Notes under the pieces: generated by a model
The model's input: the letters and a program-made list of their open reading frames with translations, nothing else
Told to the model about the DNA's origin: nothing
Databases searched by the model: none
Translations under genes and position numbers: made by a program
Assembly: GCF_000195755.1 (NCBI RefSeq)
Contig: NC_002937.3
Location: 720,001 to 752,000 of the forward strand
Direction of reading: 5' to 3'
DNA length: 32,000 nt
Source of the DNA: Nitratidesulfovibrio vulgaris str. Hildenborough
GTDB taxonomy: Bacteria; Desulfobacterota; Desulfovibrionia; Desulfovibrionales; Desulfovibrionaceae
In this document: in pieces, positions 1-8,748 of the stretch
How the letters are laid out: every line of letters starts with the position of its first letter
Position numbering within the stretch: position 1 is the first letter of the stretch

Positions 1-599
1 CCCATGATCCAGAAGACGATGCTCGATACCGACTCCTCGTCCAGCGCCTTCACGAGTGATACCAGCGCGGCGAGAAAGGTGGAGACCACCACCCCGGCGA
101 GCACGACCGTCTCGCGGCGGAACGACCCGGCTGCCGTGCCGAGAAGCAGGACGAGCGACAAGGCGGCGAACGCACCGAAGAGCGCAGCCGGGGTCACCAC
201 GCCGAGCCCCGCCACGAGGGCGGGGGCGACAGCAGCGGGCAGGGTTACGCCAAAGCTGATGGCGACGCTGGCGCCGAGGGCCGCGCCGCTGGAGACGCCG
301 AGCGTGAAGGGGTCGGCGAGCGGGTTGCGCAGCACGCCTTGAAAGACGACCCCTGCCATGGCGAGTCCGCCACCGACCAGCAGCGAGAGGCAGACGCGTG
401 CGAGGCGGATGTCCCCCACCACCAGAAGGCGTATGGGGTCCACATGGCCGGATACGGGGACACCCGCCGCTGCACCGAGCAGACGCATGACCTCAGCAGG
501 GCCGATGTCGAACGGCCCGAAGAGGCAGGCTGCGGGCACGGAGAGCAGCCAGAGGGCGGCCCCCAGTGCCAGCGCGGTGCGGCGGCGGATGCGTGACAT
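1..599 (-). CDS. FecCD-family ABC transporter permease (iron-chelate/haem/cobalamin uptake type), N-terminal part only; the gene continues past the left edge
   Basis: Not in the ORF track because there is no stop in the window. Manual reverse translation from ATG 599..597 gives MSRIRRRTALALGAALWLLSVPAACLFGPFDIGPAEVMRLL...RVCLSLLVGGGLAMAGVVFQGVLRNPLADPFTLGVSSGAALGASVAISF..., the typical BtuC/FepD/FecCD N-terminus. The start lies 1 nt after the cbiK stop, so the two are probably an operon. Confidence 0.8.
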   Translation of the reverse strand, partial: MSRIRRRTALALGAALWLLSVPAACLFGPFDIGPAEVMRLLGAAAGVPVSGHVDPIRLLVVGDIRLARVCLSLLVGGGLAMAGVVFQGVLRNPLADPFTLGVSSGAALGASVAISFGVTLPAAVAPALVAGLGVVTPAALFGAFAALSLVLLLGTAAGSFRRETVVLAGVVVSTFLAALVSLVKALDEESVSSIVFWIM

Positions 600-600
600 G

Positions 601-1797
<1,197 letters not shown>

Positions 1798-2120
1798 TCG
1801 TGCGGCATAGGCCGTAGGTGGACGACGTGTCAAGCATGCTGCCGTGTGCGCCGGTCGCGACAGTGTCGTGCCTGCGTGAAGCCGCGGGCTTCGGGCATGT
1901 GCCCCGGCCTAGACATGCCGTGGGCCTATGGCAGAGTGCCCCGCGGGTCTCGGCGTCAGGGGTACCATCAGGAGGGGCACCATGGGACATCGGGGGCCAT
2001 CGGGGGGGCGTTGTGGGGGCCTGTCCGGCCGGGGTGTCGTCATCCCGTCTGAGGCCTCCCGGCCTGAGGGCGACGTGGCAGGTGCGGCTGGTCGGTGACA
2101 AGGGCGCGGGTGGCGGCCGG

Positions 2121-3209
2121 TCAGGCGAAGGCCAGCCACGCTGCCGTGACCACCACCACCGAGGCGATGCGAAGCAACTGGCTTTGCACGAGCAGCGAAA
2201 GGCCCAGTGCGGGCGTGAAGATGCCCGCATGTGCGGGAAACTGGTGGCGGATGGCCCGAAGCGGCGTGGCGATGATGCCGCCGATGATGAGGGCGAGTAC
2301 CGTCTCGCGTGTGGTGAGACTGCCTGCCGCAAGCAGCGCGCCTGCCGCCGCCACCCCGGAAGAGAATTCCGAAGCCACCGAGAACACCAGCACCCCTGCC
2401 GCCTCGACGGGAAGGAACCCGTCGGTGAGCCAGTGGGCAGTGGCGTTGCGCAGGACGTCGAACACACCGCCCTGATGCAGGGCGTACATCAGGAGGTAGG
2501 TGGGGGCGGTGAAGAGCACAAGGCGTGTCAGCCTCATGCGGAACCGTTCGGCGAACGGGCGCAGGGTGCGAGTGCGTGGTGTGTGGTGCGTCCGGGGTGC
2601 TTCACCGGCTGTATGGGGCATGGTGGTCAGCCGTGTGGCGACCAGCACGCCCACTGTGCGAAGCAGGGCCGCCAGTCCGTTGATGGCGAGATAGGTGACC
2701 CCCGCGCCCCGCGCCAGCGGGGTGACGATGAAGAACGTGGTGGGCAGGTGCAGCAGGAAGACGGGAAGCCCCGTACCCATGAGGTAGCCGAGGCGCATCT
2801 CCCGCAGGGTTATCCTGCCCTCCCGATAGGCCTCCATGAGCAGGGAGTTGGCGGCGGCGGCAGAGAGAAAGGCGGTGGTGAAGGCCGCCCCGCAGGCTTC
2901 GGGCAGCCTGCCCCACCGCATGACCGGCGAGGCGAGGCGGGCGAGCATGGGGGCCCAGCCCCCCCCTTCGATGGCAAGCCCTGCGGCAAGTCCTGCGGCA
3001 AGCGACAGCAGCATGACGCCCAGCGGCCTGACAAGCGCGGGCCACGCCCGTGACCATGCCAGCAGCGCGGGGTCGCGCAGAAGCAGGAACGTCAGCGCAC
3101 CGCCGCCCACGCAAAGGCAAAAGGCAAGGGCGGCCCGGTTTCCGGCGTTGCGGCGGCGTGTCGTGGCCCGGGGGGGCTGTGCAGTCGTGGGGTGGGGGCT
3201 ATGGGACAT
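2121..3209 (-). CDS. Polytopic membrane protein, nucleoside-recognition (Gate) domain family
   Basis: 362-aa ORF with GGAGAA upstream of ATG 3209. It is hydrophobic throughout (LTFLLLRDPALLAWS..., AFLSAAAANSLLMEAYREGRITLREM..., GLPVFLLHLPTTFFIVTPLARG...), resembling Gate/FeoB-C-type membrane domains. The family call is from memory of the motif pattern. Confidence 0.6.
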   Translation of the reverse strand: MSHSPHPTTAQPPRATTRRRNAGNRAALAFCLCVGGGALTFLLLRDPALLAWSRAWPALVRPLGVMLLSLAAGLAAGLAIEGGGWAPMLARLASPVMRWGRLPEACGAAFTTAFLSAAAANSLLMEAYREGRITLREMRLGYLMGTGLPVFLLHLPTTFFIVTPLARGAGVTYLAINGLAALLRTVGVLVATRLTTMPHTAGEAPRTHHTPRTRTLRPFAERFRMRLTRLVLFTAPTYLLMYALHQGGVFDVLRNATAHWLTDGFLPVEAAGVLVFSVASEFSSGVAAAGALLAAGSLTTRETVLALIIGGIIATPLRAIRHQFPAHAGIFTPALGLSLLVQSQLLRIASVVVVTAAWLAFA

Positions 3210-3348
3210 GATTCTCCACGGAGGCGTTCCGGCGTGCTTTCGGTTCGTCCCGTCTGATAGGCCGACAGGGGCGGGCAGGCAAGCCTAACCTGTGGCGTTC
3301 GGCGGGCATGAGGGGTAGAATCATCGAAGTCCCTTTCAGGAGAGAACC

Positions 3349-4299
3349 GTGTCGCAAAGCAAGATACTGCTCGAATCCGGCACCAACGAACTGGAGATCG
3401 TCGAATTCTACATCGACGAGCCCGGTTATCGCGGTCATTACGGCGTCAACGTCGCCAAGGTGCTTGAGATCATCCGCAAGCAGACGGTGACGGCATTGCC
3501 CGAGATGCCGCATCCTGCGGTGCTCGGTGCCTTCGCGCACCGGGGGGGCCGCATCATCCCTCTGGTCGACCTCGCGGCCTACCTCGGCAAGCCCCTGAGC
3601 GACGACGCGGCCCAGCGCAAGATCATCATCACCGAGTTCAATCAGGTGGTGACGGGGTTTCTCGTGTCCGGAGTCACGCGCATCCATCGCATCAGCTGGA
3701 TAGATGTGGAGGCACCGGGGCGTTTTCTGCAGGGGATGAGTTCCAGTTCCATCACGGGGGTCGTGAGGCTTGAGGGGCGTGTGGTCTTCCTGCTGGACAT
3801 GGAGAGCATCGTTGCCGAGATGCACCCCGACCTGTCCATCCGCATGGGGCGGACACGCGCGACTGCGCAGGAAGCGCCGATGCGGCGCTATACGGTCTTG
3901 CATGCCGACGATTCAGGCTCGGTGCGCAAGCTGGTGCGCAACCTTCTCGAAGCCAGCGGACGTTTCGAGGTGTTGCAGGCGGATGATGGGCAAGGTGCGT
4001 GGGAGATGCTCGAAACCCTTCGCGCAGAGGCCGAGGGGCGGGGGCAACGCATCGCCGACGTGGTTCAGGCGGTCATCTCTGACATAGAGATGCCGCGCCT
4101 CGACGGGCTCACCCTGTGCCGCCGCATCAAGGAGGATGTCGCCTTGCGTGTGCTCCCCGTGGCACTGTTCTCCTCGCTGGTCACCGACAAGCTTGAACAC
4201 AAGGGGCGTTCGGTGGGGGCTGATGCCCAATTCGCCAAGCCCGACTTGCAGCAGTTGAGCGAGCGTCTGCTTGAACTGCTGGGCGAGACTCCTGCTTGA
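3349..4299 (+). CDS. cheV: Chemotaxis coupling protein CheV (CheW-like domain plus receiver domain)
   Basis: GTG start with AGGAGAG upstream. The N-terminus ...GTNELEIVEFYIDE...YGVNVAKVLEIIR...GRIIPLVDLAAYLG is a CheW domain. The C-terminus ...VLHADDSGSVRKLVRNLLE...ISDIEMPRLDGLTLCRRIKE...FAKPD is a canonical receiver. Confidence 0.9.
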   Translation: MSQSKILLESGTNELEIVEFYIDEPGYRGHYGVNVAKVLEIIRKQTVTALPEMPHPAVLGAFAHRGGRIIPLVDLAAYLGKPLSDDAAQRKIIITEFNQVVTGFLVSGVTRIHRISWIDVEAPGRFLQGMSSSSITGVVRLEGRVVFLLDMESIVAEMHPDLSIRMGRTRATAQEAPMRRYTVLHADDSGSVRKLVRNLLEASGRFEVLQADDGQGAWEMLETLRAEAEGRGQRIADVVQAVISDIEMPRLDGLTLCRRIKEDVALRVLPVALFSSLVTDKLEHKGRSVGADAQFAKPDLQQLSERLLELLGETPA

Positions 4300-4380
4300 C
4301 CGTATGGAAGGCATCCCCTTGGCGGCATATTGCGTCTGTCTGCCTTTCGGGGGCTGCCATCGGCTGAATCATCCCTTTGA

Positions 4381-4398
4381 GTCATCCCTCCGGATGAC
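4381..4398. repeat. Hairpin GTCATCC-CTCC-GGATGAC(GC), copy A of a two-member hairpin family
   Basis: Shares the core CATCC-N4-GGATGACGC with 4549..4574. Lies 82 nt downstream of the cheV stop. Confidence 0.6.
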
Positions 4399-4539
4399 GC
4401 CCCGCATCATACCCCGTTCCCTCTGGCGGGTTGCGCCGTGTCCGCCGCCGTGTCCCTTGGGTGGGGCTGCGCAGAACCCCGGTAGCGGGGACGCATGCCG
4501 CCGCCATGCCCGTTGCCGGATTCCTGTCTCTCTTCTGTA

Positions 4540-4716
4540 ATGTTAAATGCGCGCCATCCTTGCGGATGACGCGCATTCCATGCCGCCTAGGCACAGTTTG
4601 CTGCCGTTCTGGCAGCGACGGACATGTTTGTCATGTCCGCACCCTGTCGCCGTCTACTTTGTCCGGAGTGCACGGCGACAGGGTTCTGGGCTCCGACCGA
4701 CCTGCCCAGTATGTTG
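4540..4716 (-). ncRNA. Candidate structured small RNA (strand and ends inferred)
   Basis: Five consecutive perfect or near-perfect stems fill the interval:
- CTGGGC/GCCCAG (4686..4709)
- CCCTGTCGCCGT/ACGGCGACAGGG, 12 bp (4642..4683)
- CGGACATG/CATGTCCG (4619..4639)
- GCTGCC/GGCAGC (4600..4616)
- an 11-bp GC-rich stem with a GCAA loop (4549..4574), followed on the minus strand by AUUUAACAUUACA

The interval lies downstream of a sigma-54-like element at 4742..4727. The ORFs here have poor third-position GC for this genome. Confidence 0.4.
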
Positions 4717-4726
4717 GCATCTATTT

Positions 4727-4742
4727 ACCAAGAAGCGTGCCA
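4727..4742 (-). promoter_or_regulatory. Near-consensus sigma-54 promoter (-24 TGGCAC, -12 TTGG)
   Basis: The minus strand reads TGGCACGCTTCTTGGT. The spacing is correct and the -24 element is perfect, but the nearly invariant -12 GC is GG. It sits 168 nt downstream of the sigma-54 activator stop and 84-120 nt downstream of a strong palindrome. Confidence 0.35.
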
Positions 4743-4825
4743 AGCCTCCGGTTCGTGTAAAAAGTGTTTGGTTTTGCAGTGTTGTCGTTGTGTTGCCGTG
4801 GTGCTGCCAACGCGTGGCGAGATTA

Positions 4826-4862
4826 ATCCGCAATAGAGGAATAGTATTCCGCGATTGCGGAT
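4826..4862. promoter_or_regulatory. Nested perfect palindrome, a candidate activator binding site (UAS)
   Basis: ATCCGCAAT-AGA-GGAATA-G-TATTCC-GCG-ATTGCGGAT has perfect 9-bp outer arms and perfect 6-bp inner arms. A further TATTCCG copy lies at 4875..4881. Confidence 0.5.
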
Positions 4863-4909
4863 ATGGATGTGCGCTATTCCGTAATCACAGAAAAAGAGGG
4901 GATGACACT

Positions 4910-6595
4910 TCAGCTTCTGGCCCGTTGCGTCCGCTTCCTGCGAGGGGTCTCGAATCCATAACGCCTTAACATCTCATACAGATGTGACCGCGAAAGGCCG
5001 GACAGGGTACAGGCTTCGACGGTGTCGCCGTTGCAGCGCCGCATGAGCTCATTCAGGTAGTCCACGCACAGCGCGTCACGGAAGGCGAAGAATGGAGGCA
5101 AGGGCACGTCGGAAGCGAATCCGGCTGTCGGGCCGTCAGAGAGAGGGGTTGTCCGGAGGCGGACAGGGGGATGTCCGTCCGGCGAGACATCTGTCGTGCC
5201 CCCCGGTGAGACCGGCGGGGTGGCCTCTTGCAGGGGGCTTTGCCGATTGTTGTCGGGCGCGGCGGGCGCGGTGTCCAGCCTTCGGGCAAGAGGTGTCATC
5301 GCCGTCAGTGCATGAGCGTCATGAGTCGCGGTCACGGCGCGGGAGGTCTCGGTTACCTGACCGAAACCGCCCGGTGCAGCCGGTCTCTGGGCGGGGCCTG
5401 TGCCACTGACGAGGGCGGGGCGCTGGCCCGACATGCCTCGTGCGATGCTCACCCGGACGTGTTCGGGCAAATGACGGGCGAAGAGTTTCGGTGCGTCCTG
5501 CGCCGCAAGCACGGCCCTTTCGAGGGTGTGCACGAGTTCGCGCACGTTGCCGGGCCAGCGGTAGGCGCGAAGCGCTTCGTGCAGGTCGGGCGATACCTGT
5601 TTTGCGGGTAGCCCGTACTTCTTGCAGATGCGGGCGAGGTAGTGCCCGGTGAGGGCGAGGATGTCGTCAGGGCGTTCACGTAGTGGAGGAATGGAGATGA
5701 CCACGGTCCGCATCCGGAAAAGCAGGTCGCTGCGGAACAGCCCCTTGTCGCTCATGGCTTCAAGGTTGCGATTCGTGGCGCATATCAGTCTGAAGTCGCT
5801 CGTGATCTCGCTGCGTCCCCCTACGGCCCTGAACCGCTGTTCCTGCAAGACGCGCAAGAACATCTTCTGGGTCGCGAGCGGAAGTTCACCCACTTCGTCG
5901 AGAAACAGCGTGCCACGGTGCGCCTGAAGGACGAGTCCGTCCCGGTTGGCGTCGGCCCCCGTGAAGGCGCCCTTGCGATGCCCGAAGAGAATCGACCCGG
6001 CCAGTGTCCGTGGCAGCGAGGCGCAGTCGACGGTGATGAACGGCGAGTCGGCACGGTGGCTGTTCTCGTGAACGGCGCGGGCGAAAAGCTCTTTGCCCAC
6101 ACCGGTCTCTCCCACGATGAGGGTCGCGGCGTCACTGGCCGCGGCTTCGGCCACATCGTCGAGGCACCGTCGCAGCCCGCGGCTGGACCCCACGATGGCG
6201 TGCTTGAGGATGGAGGGCCCGCGTCTGTCGGGGGGTCTGTCCCGGTAGTCCAGTGCGCGCAGTAGCGGCAGCACCACCCTGTCCACGGGGGCGGGCTTGC
6301 AAAGCCATTCCCATGCACCCCCCCGGATGGCCTTCTCGGCCGTGTCGGGGTTGCCTGCCGCACCTGTCACGATGACCTCGGGGGCGGAGGGCAGGGCGCG
6401 AAGCCCCGCAAGGGCTTCAAGCCCGCAGCCGTCGGGCAGGCTGGCGGCGAGGTAGATGACGTCCGCCTCCGTGGCTGCCAGAAGTCCTTCCGCCAGCGTG
6501 GGTGCGTGACGCGAGGTGTGGCCGAGTCCGGCGGCGAAGTCGGCCACCAGTTGGGCGAACGCCGGGTCGCCGTCTATGACCAGCACGTGGGCCAT
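4910..6595 (-). CDS. Sigma-54-dependent transcriptional activator (pseudo-receiver + AAA+ + Fis-type HTH)
   Basis: ORF 4910..6823, trimmed to ATG 6595, which has GGAG upstream; the longer ORF overlaps the U32 gene. The AAA+ core includes GETGVGKELFARAVH, GAFTGA and LFLDEVGELP. The C-terminal HTH reads TVEACTLSGLSRSHLYEMLRRYG. The N-terminal domain is receiver-like, but Ala sits at the phospho-acceptor position. Confidence 0.9.
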   Translation of the reverse strand: MAHVLVIDGDPAFAQLVADFAAGLGHTSRHAPTLAEGLLAATEADVIYLAASLPDGCGLEALAGLRALPSAPEVIVTGAAGNPDTAEKAIRGGAWEWLCKPAPVDRVVLPLLRALDYRDRPPDRRGPSILKHAIVGSSRGLRRCLDDVAEAAASDAATLIVGETGVGKELFARAVHENSHRADSPFITVDCASLPRTLAGSILFGHRKGAFTGADANRDGLVLQAHRGTLFLDEVGELPLATQKMFLRVLQEQRFRAVGGRSEITSDFRLICATNRNLEAMSDKGLFRSDLLFRMRTVVISIPPLRERPDDILALTGHYLARICKKYGLPAKQVSPDLHEALRAYRWPGNVRELVHTLERAVLAAQDAPKLFARHLPEHVRVSIARGMSGQRPALVSGTGPAQRPAAPGGFGQVTETSRAVTATHDAHALTAMTPLARRLDTAPAAPDNNRQSPLQEATPPVSPGGTTDVSPDGHPPVRLRTTPLSDGPTAGFASDVPLPPFFAFRDALCVDYLNELMRRCNGDTVEACTLSGLSRSHLYEMLRRYGFETPRRKRTQRARS

Positions 6596-6615
6596 GCGTT
6601 CTCCGTGGTCCCTTG

Positions 6616-7842
6616 TCAGGCGCGAATGTAGATGCCGGGGCCGATGTCGGCAGATGCACAATGCAACACGCCAGCCATGCCGGGGTGCAGACGGTCGACC
6701 GTCTCGCCTCTGTGGTTCTCGAGGCGGTAGGTGCCGGGCAGCAATTCGGGGCGTCTCATACCGGGCAGGAGTACTTCGGCGATGGACGTGGCCTTCCACG
6801 GTGAACGCACGGAGACATGCCACGCGCCGTCACCTGCGGGGGCTTCGACCCGGGCCACAAGGGGGTGGCGTACGGCGTCATGCGGCAACCCTCGGTGGCA
6901 ACGGCGCCCGCCACCGAGGAAGAACCCGGTGGTCAACGGGCGCGAGGCGCAGTTGAGCAATTCGAAGATGTAGTCGTCGCCACGCGAGGTGCGCCGCGCC
7001 ACATCGTCGATGGCCGTGCGATAGACGTCCACGACCTGCGCCACATAGCCGCCGCTCTTCATGCGTCCTTCGACCTTGAGCGCCGCCATGCCCACGCGTG
7101 CGAACCAGTGCGCATAGCGGACGAGGCAGAGGTCTTGCGGGGCCCAGAAGCTGCTGTGGAAGGGCCCGTCTTCGACCACTTCCCATGCCACCTCGCCGGG
7201 GCGTGTCTTCTCTTCGACGGCGAGGGCGACGCCCTTGTATTCGAAACGGCAGGGGTGGGTGCAGGCCCCGAGGTTGGCGGAACGGTTGTTGAGCCATGCG
7301 GAGAGCAGGCACCGTCCCGAAAGGGCGAGGCACTGCGCCCCATGGACGAAGGCTTCGAACTCCATGCCGGGCGACGATTCCACAAGACGGCGCATGGTGC
7401 GCATGTCGAGTTCGCGGGCGAGGTTCACGCGGGTGACGCCCATGTCGCGCCAGAAGGCCACCGCCGCGCTGTTGGCGGTGTTGGCCTGCGTCGAGAGATG
7501 AAGCGGCAGCGACGGGCAGTGGCGGCGGGCCAGCAGCACGACGCCGGGGTCGGCGACGATGAGGGCGTCGACGCCCGCATCGGGCAGGCGTTCGAGTTCG
7601 TCGATGATGGCCGGGAGGTGCTCCTCGCGCGGCAGGACGTTGAGGCAGTAATAGACGGCGGCATTGCGGGCGTGAGCGTCGCGCACGGCACTGATGAGGG
7701 CGTCGCCGGTGAAGCCTCGGGTCCCGGCACGCAGGTTCAGGGCCGGGCCGCCAAGGTAGACGGCGTCGGCCCCGTAGCGGAGGGCGGCGTCGAGTTGTTC
7801 ACGGTCGCCTGCCGGGGCGAGCAATTCGGGTAGGTGGGGCAT
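6616..7842 (-). CDS. Peptidase U32 family protein
   Basis: 408 aa. MPHLPELLAPAGDREQLDAALRYGADAVYLGG...LHLSTQANTANSAAVAFWRDMGVTRVNLAREL is the U32 signature N-terminal region. Confidence 0.9.
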   Translation of the reverse strand: MPHLPELLAPAGDREQLDAALRYGADAVYLGGPALNLRAGTRGFTGDALISAVRDAHARNAAVYYCLNVLPREEHLPAIIDELERLPDAGVDALIVADPGVVLLARRHCPSLPLHLSTQANTANSAAVAFWRDMGVTRVNLARELDMRTMRRLVESSPGMEFEAFVHGAQCLALSGRCLLSAWLNNRSANLGACTHPCRFEYKGVALAVEEKTRPGEVAWEVVEDGPFHSSFWAPQDLCLVRYAHWFARVGMAALKVEGRMKSGGYVAQVVDVYRTAIDDVARRTSRGDDYIFELLNCASRPLTTGFFLGGGRRCHRGLPHDAVRHPLVARVEAPAGDGAWHVSVRSPWKATSIAEVLLPGMRRPELLPGTYRLENHRGETVDRLHPGMAGVLHCASADIGPGIYIRA

Positions 7843-7881
7843 CGTTTCGTAGTATGGTGTTGCTGTGCGGTGCCCGGCTGG

Positions 7882-8748
7882 TCAGACGGGCAGGCCGCGT
7901 TCGCGCCGGTGGCGCTTGAGGTTGTCGAGCACATGGGTGGTCACGCGCAGTCCGCCGCGTCCCCGGCCTAGCGAAATGGCGGGCTTGGCCTTGCCGTGGT
8001 AGTCCGAACCGCCGGTGAGCACCAGCCCGTGCCGGTCGGCGATGTCCACGCAACGGCGCTCGTCCTTGTGGGAATGCTCGCTGTGGTAGGCTTCGATGGC
8101 GTCAAGCCCCGCGACCTTGAGGTCGGCCACGGTGTCGTCGAGCCATTCTTCCGGGCAGCGCAAGAGCATGGGGTGGGCGATGGCCACCGTTGCGCCGCAT
8201 GAGGCGAGCAGTCGCACGCCTTCGGCTGGTGAGAAGACCTTCTTGGGCGCGTAGGCCGGGGCACCGGGGCCGATGAAGCGGTCGAAGGCCTCTTGCGGAG
8301 TGCGGATGTAGCCATGCCTGAGCAGGGCGAGGGCGATGTGCGGGCGCCCCACCGAGACGCCACCGGAAAGGGCACGCACCTCTTCGTAGGTGATGTCCAT
8401 GCCGAGCGTGCGCAGATTGTCCACGATACGCTCGTTGCGTTCGTTGCGGTGTCTGCGCAGTTCCTTCATGGCGTCGAGAAGTGTCTCGGGTTTTTCGGGC
8501 AGCCAGAGGCCGAGGATGTGTATCTCGCCATATTCGCTGCGCACGCCGAGTTCGCAGCCTCGCACGACCTCGATGCCCGTCTCGTGGCCCATGGCTACGG
8601 CCTCGTCGAGACCCGCCACGGTGTCGTGGTCGGTGACGGCGACGGCGGCAAGACCCGCCTCTGTGGCCTTGCGGACGAGGTCGGCCGGGCTGTCGCTACC
8701 GTCGGATGCCGTGGTATGGGTGTGAAGGTCGATGAAGCGGGGCGTCAT
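7882..8748 (-). CDS. PHP-domain metal-dependent phosphoesterase (TrpH/YciV-like)
   Basis: 288 aa with GGGAGAG upstream. The FIDLHTHTTASDGS motif and the later HP..., SDYHG motifs are typical of the PHP family. Confidence 0.9.
   Translation of the reverse strand: MTPRFIDLHTHTTASDGSDSPADLVRKATEAGLAAVAVTDHDTVAGLDEAVAMGHETGIEVVRGCELGVRSEYGEIHILGLWLPEKPETLLDAMKELRRHRNERNERIVDNLRTLGMDITYEEVRALSGGVSVGRPHIALALLRHGYIRTPQEAFDRFIGPGAPAYAPKKVFSPAEGVRLLASCGATVAIAHPMLLRCPEEWLDDTVADLKVAGLDAIEAYHSEHSHKDERRCVDIADRHGLVLTGGSDYHGKAKPAISLGRGRGGLRVTTHVLDNLKRHRRERGLPV

Noticed and set aside
1818-3053. Long ORFs antisense to, or out of frame with, the called genes. Examples are 1818..3053 +, 6817..7833 +, 11787..12878 -, 12173..13315 +, 15596..16663 +, 16669..17592 +, 24066..25538 + and 20520..21104 -.
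   Set aside because: Their translations are Arg/Gly/Ala/Pro-rich and low in complexity, with no recognisable motifs. Each lies opposite a gene that has clear family signatures. These are typical shadow ORFs of a ~65% GC genome.
3293-3308. TGGCGTTCGGCGGGCA, 41 nt upstream of cheV, with correct GG-N10-GC spacing.
   Set aside because: Both elements are degenerate (TGGCGT and GGGCA), and it would leave an unusually short leader. A nearby GCCGACAG is only a weak sigma-28 -10 match. This is not enough to call a promoter.
4624-4836. A 70-aa Cys-rich ORF (MFVMSAPCRRLLCPEC...QCCRCVAVV) in the cheV-activator gap. I considered it as a possible zinc-ribbon or RiPP-like peptide.
   Set aside because: Third-position GC is mixed rather than strongly G/C as in real genes here. 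There is no RBS. The ORF runs straight through four perfect hairpins and the palindrome, so the Cys codons (TGT/TGC) are better explained by the stem sequences. I have not fully excluded it.
4946-4957. GGTCTCGAATCC, which resembles a tRNA T-loop (GGTTCGAATCC).
   Set aside because: No complementary T-stem, acceptor stem or anticodon arm surrounds it. It lies inside the activator coding sequence.
6596-6823. An upstream extension of the sigma-54 activator ORF to 6823.
   Set aside because: It overlaps the 3' end of the U32 gene in another frame. ATG 6595 has a GGAG RBS and begins exactly at the receiver-like fold (MAHVLVIDGD).
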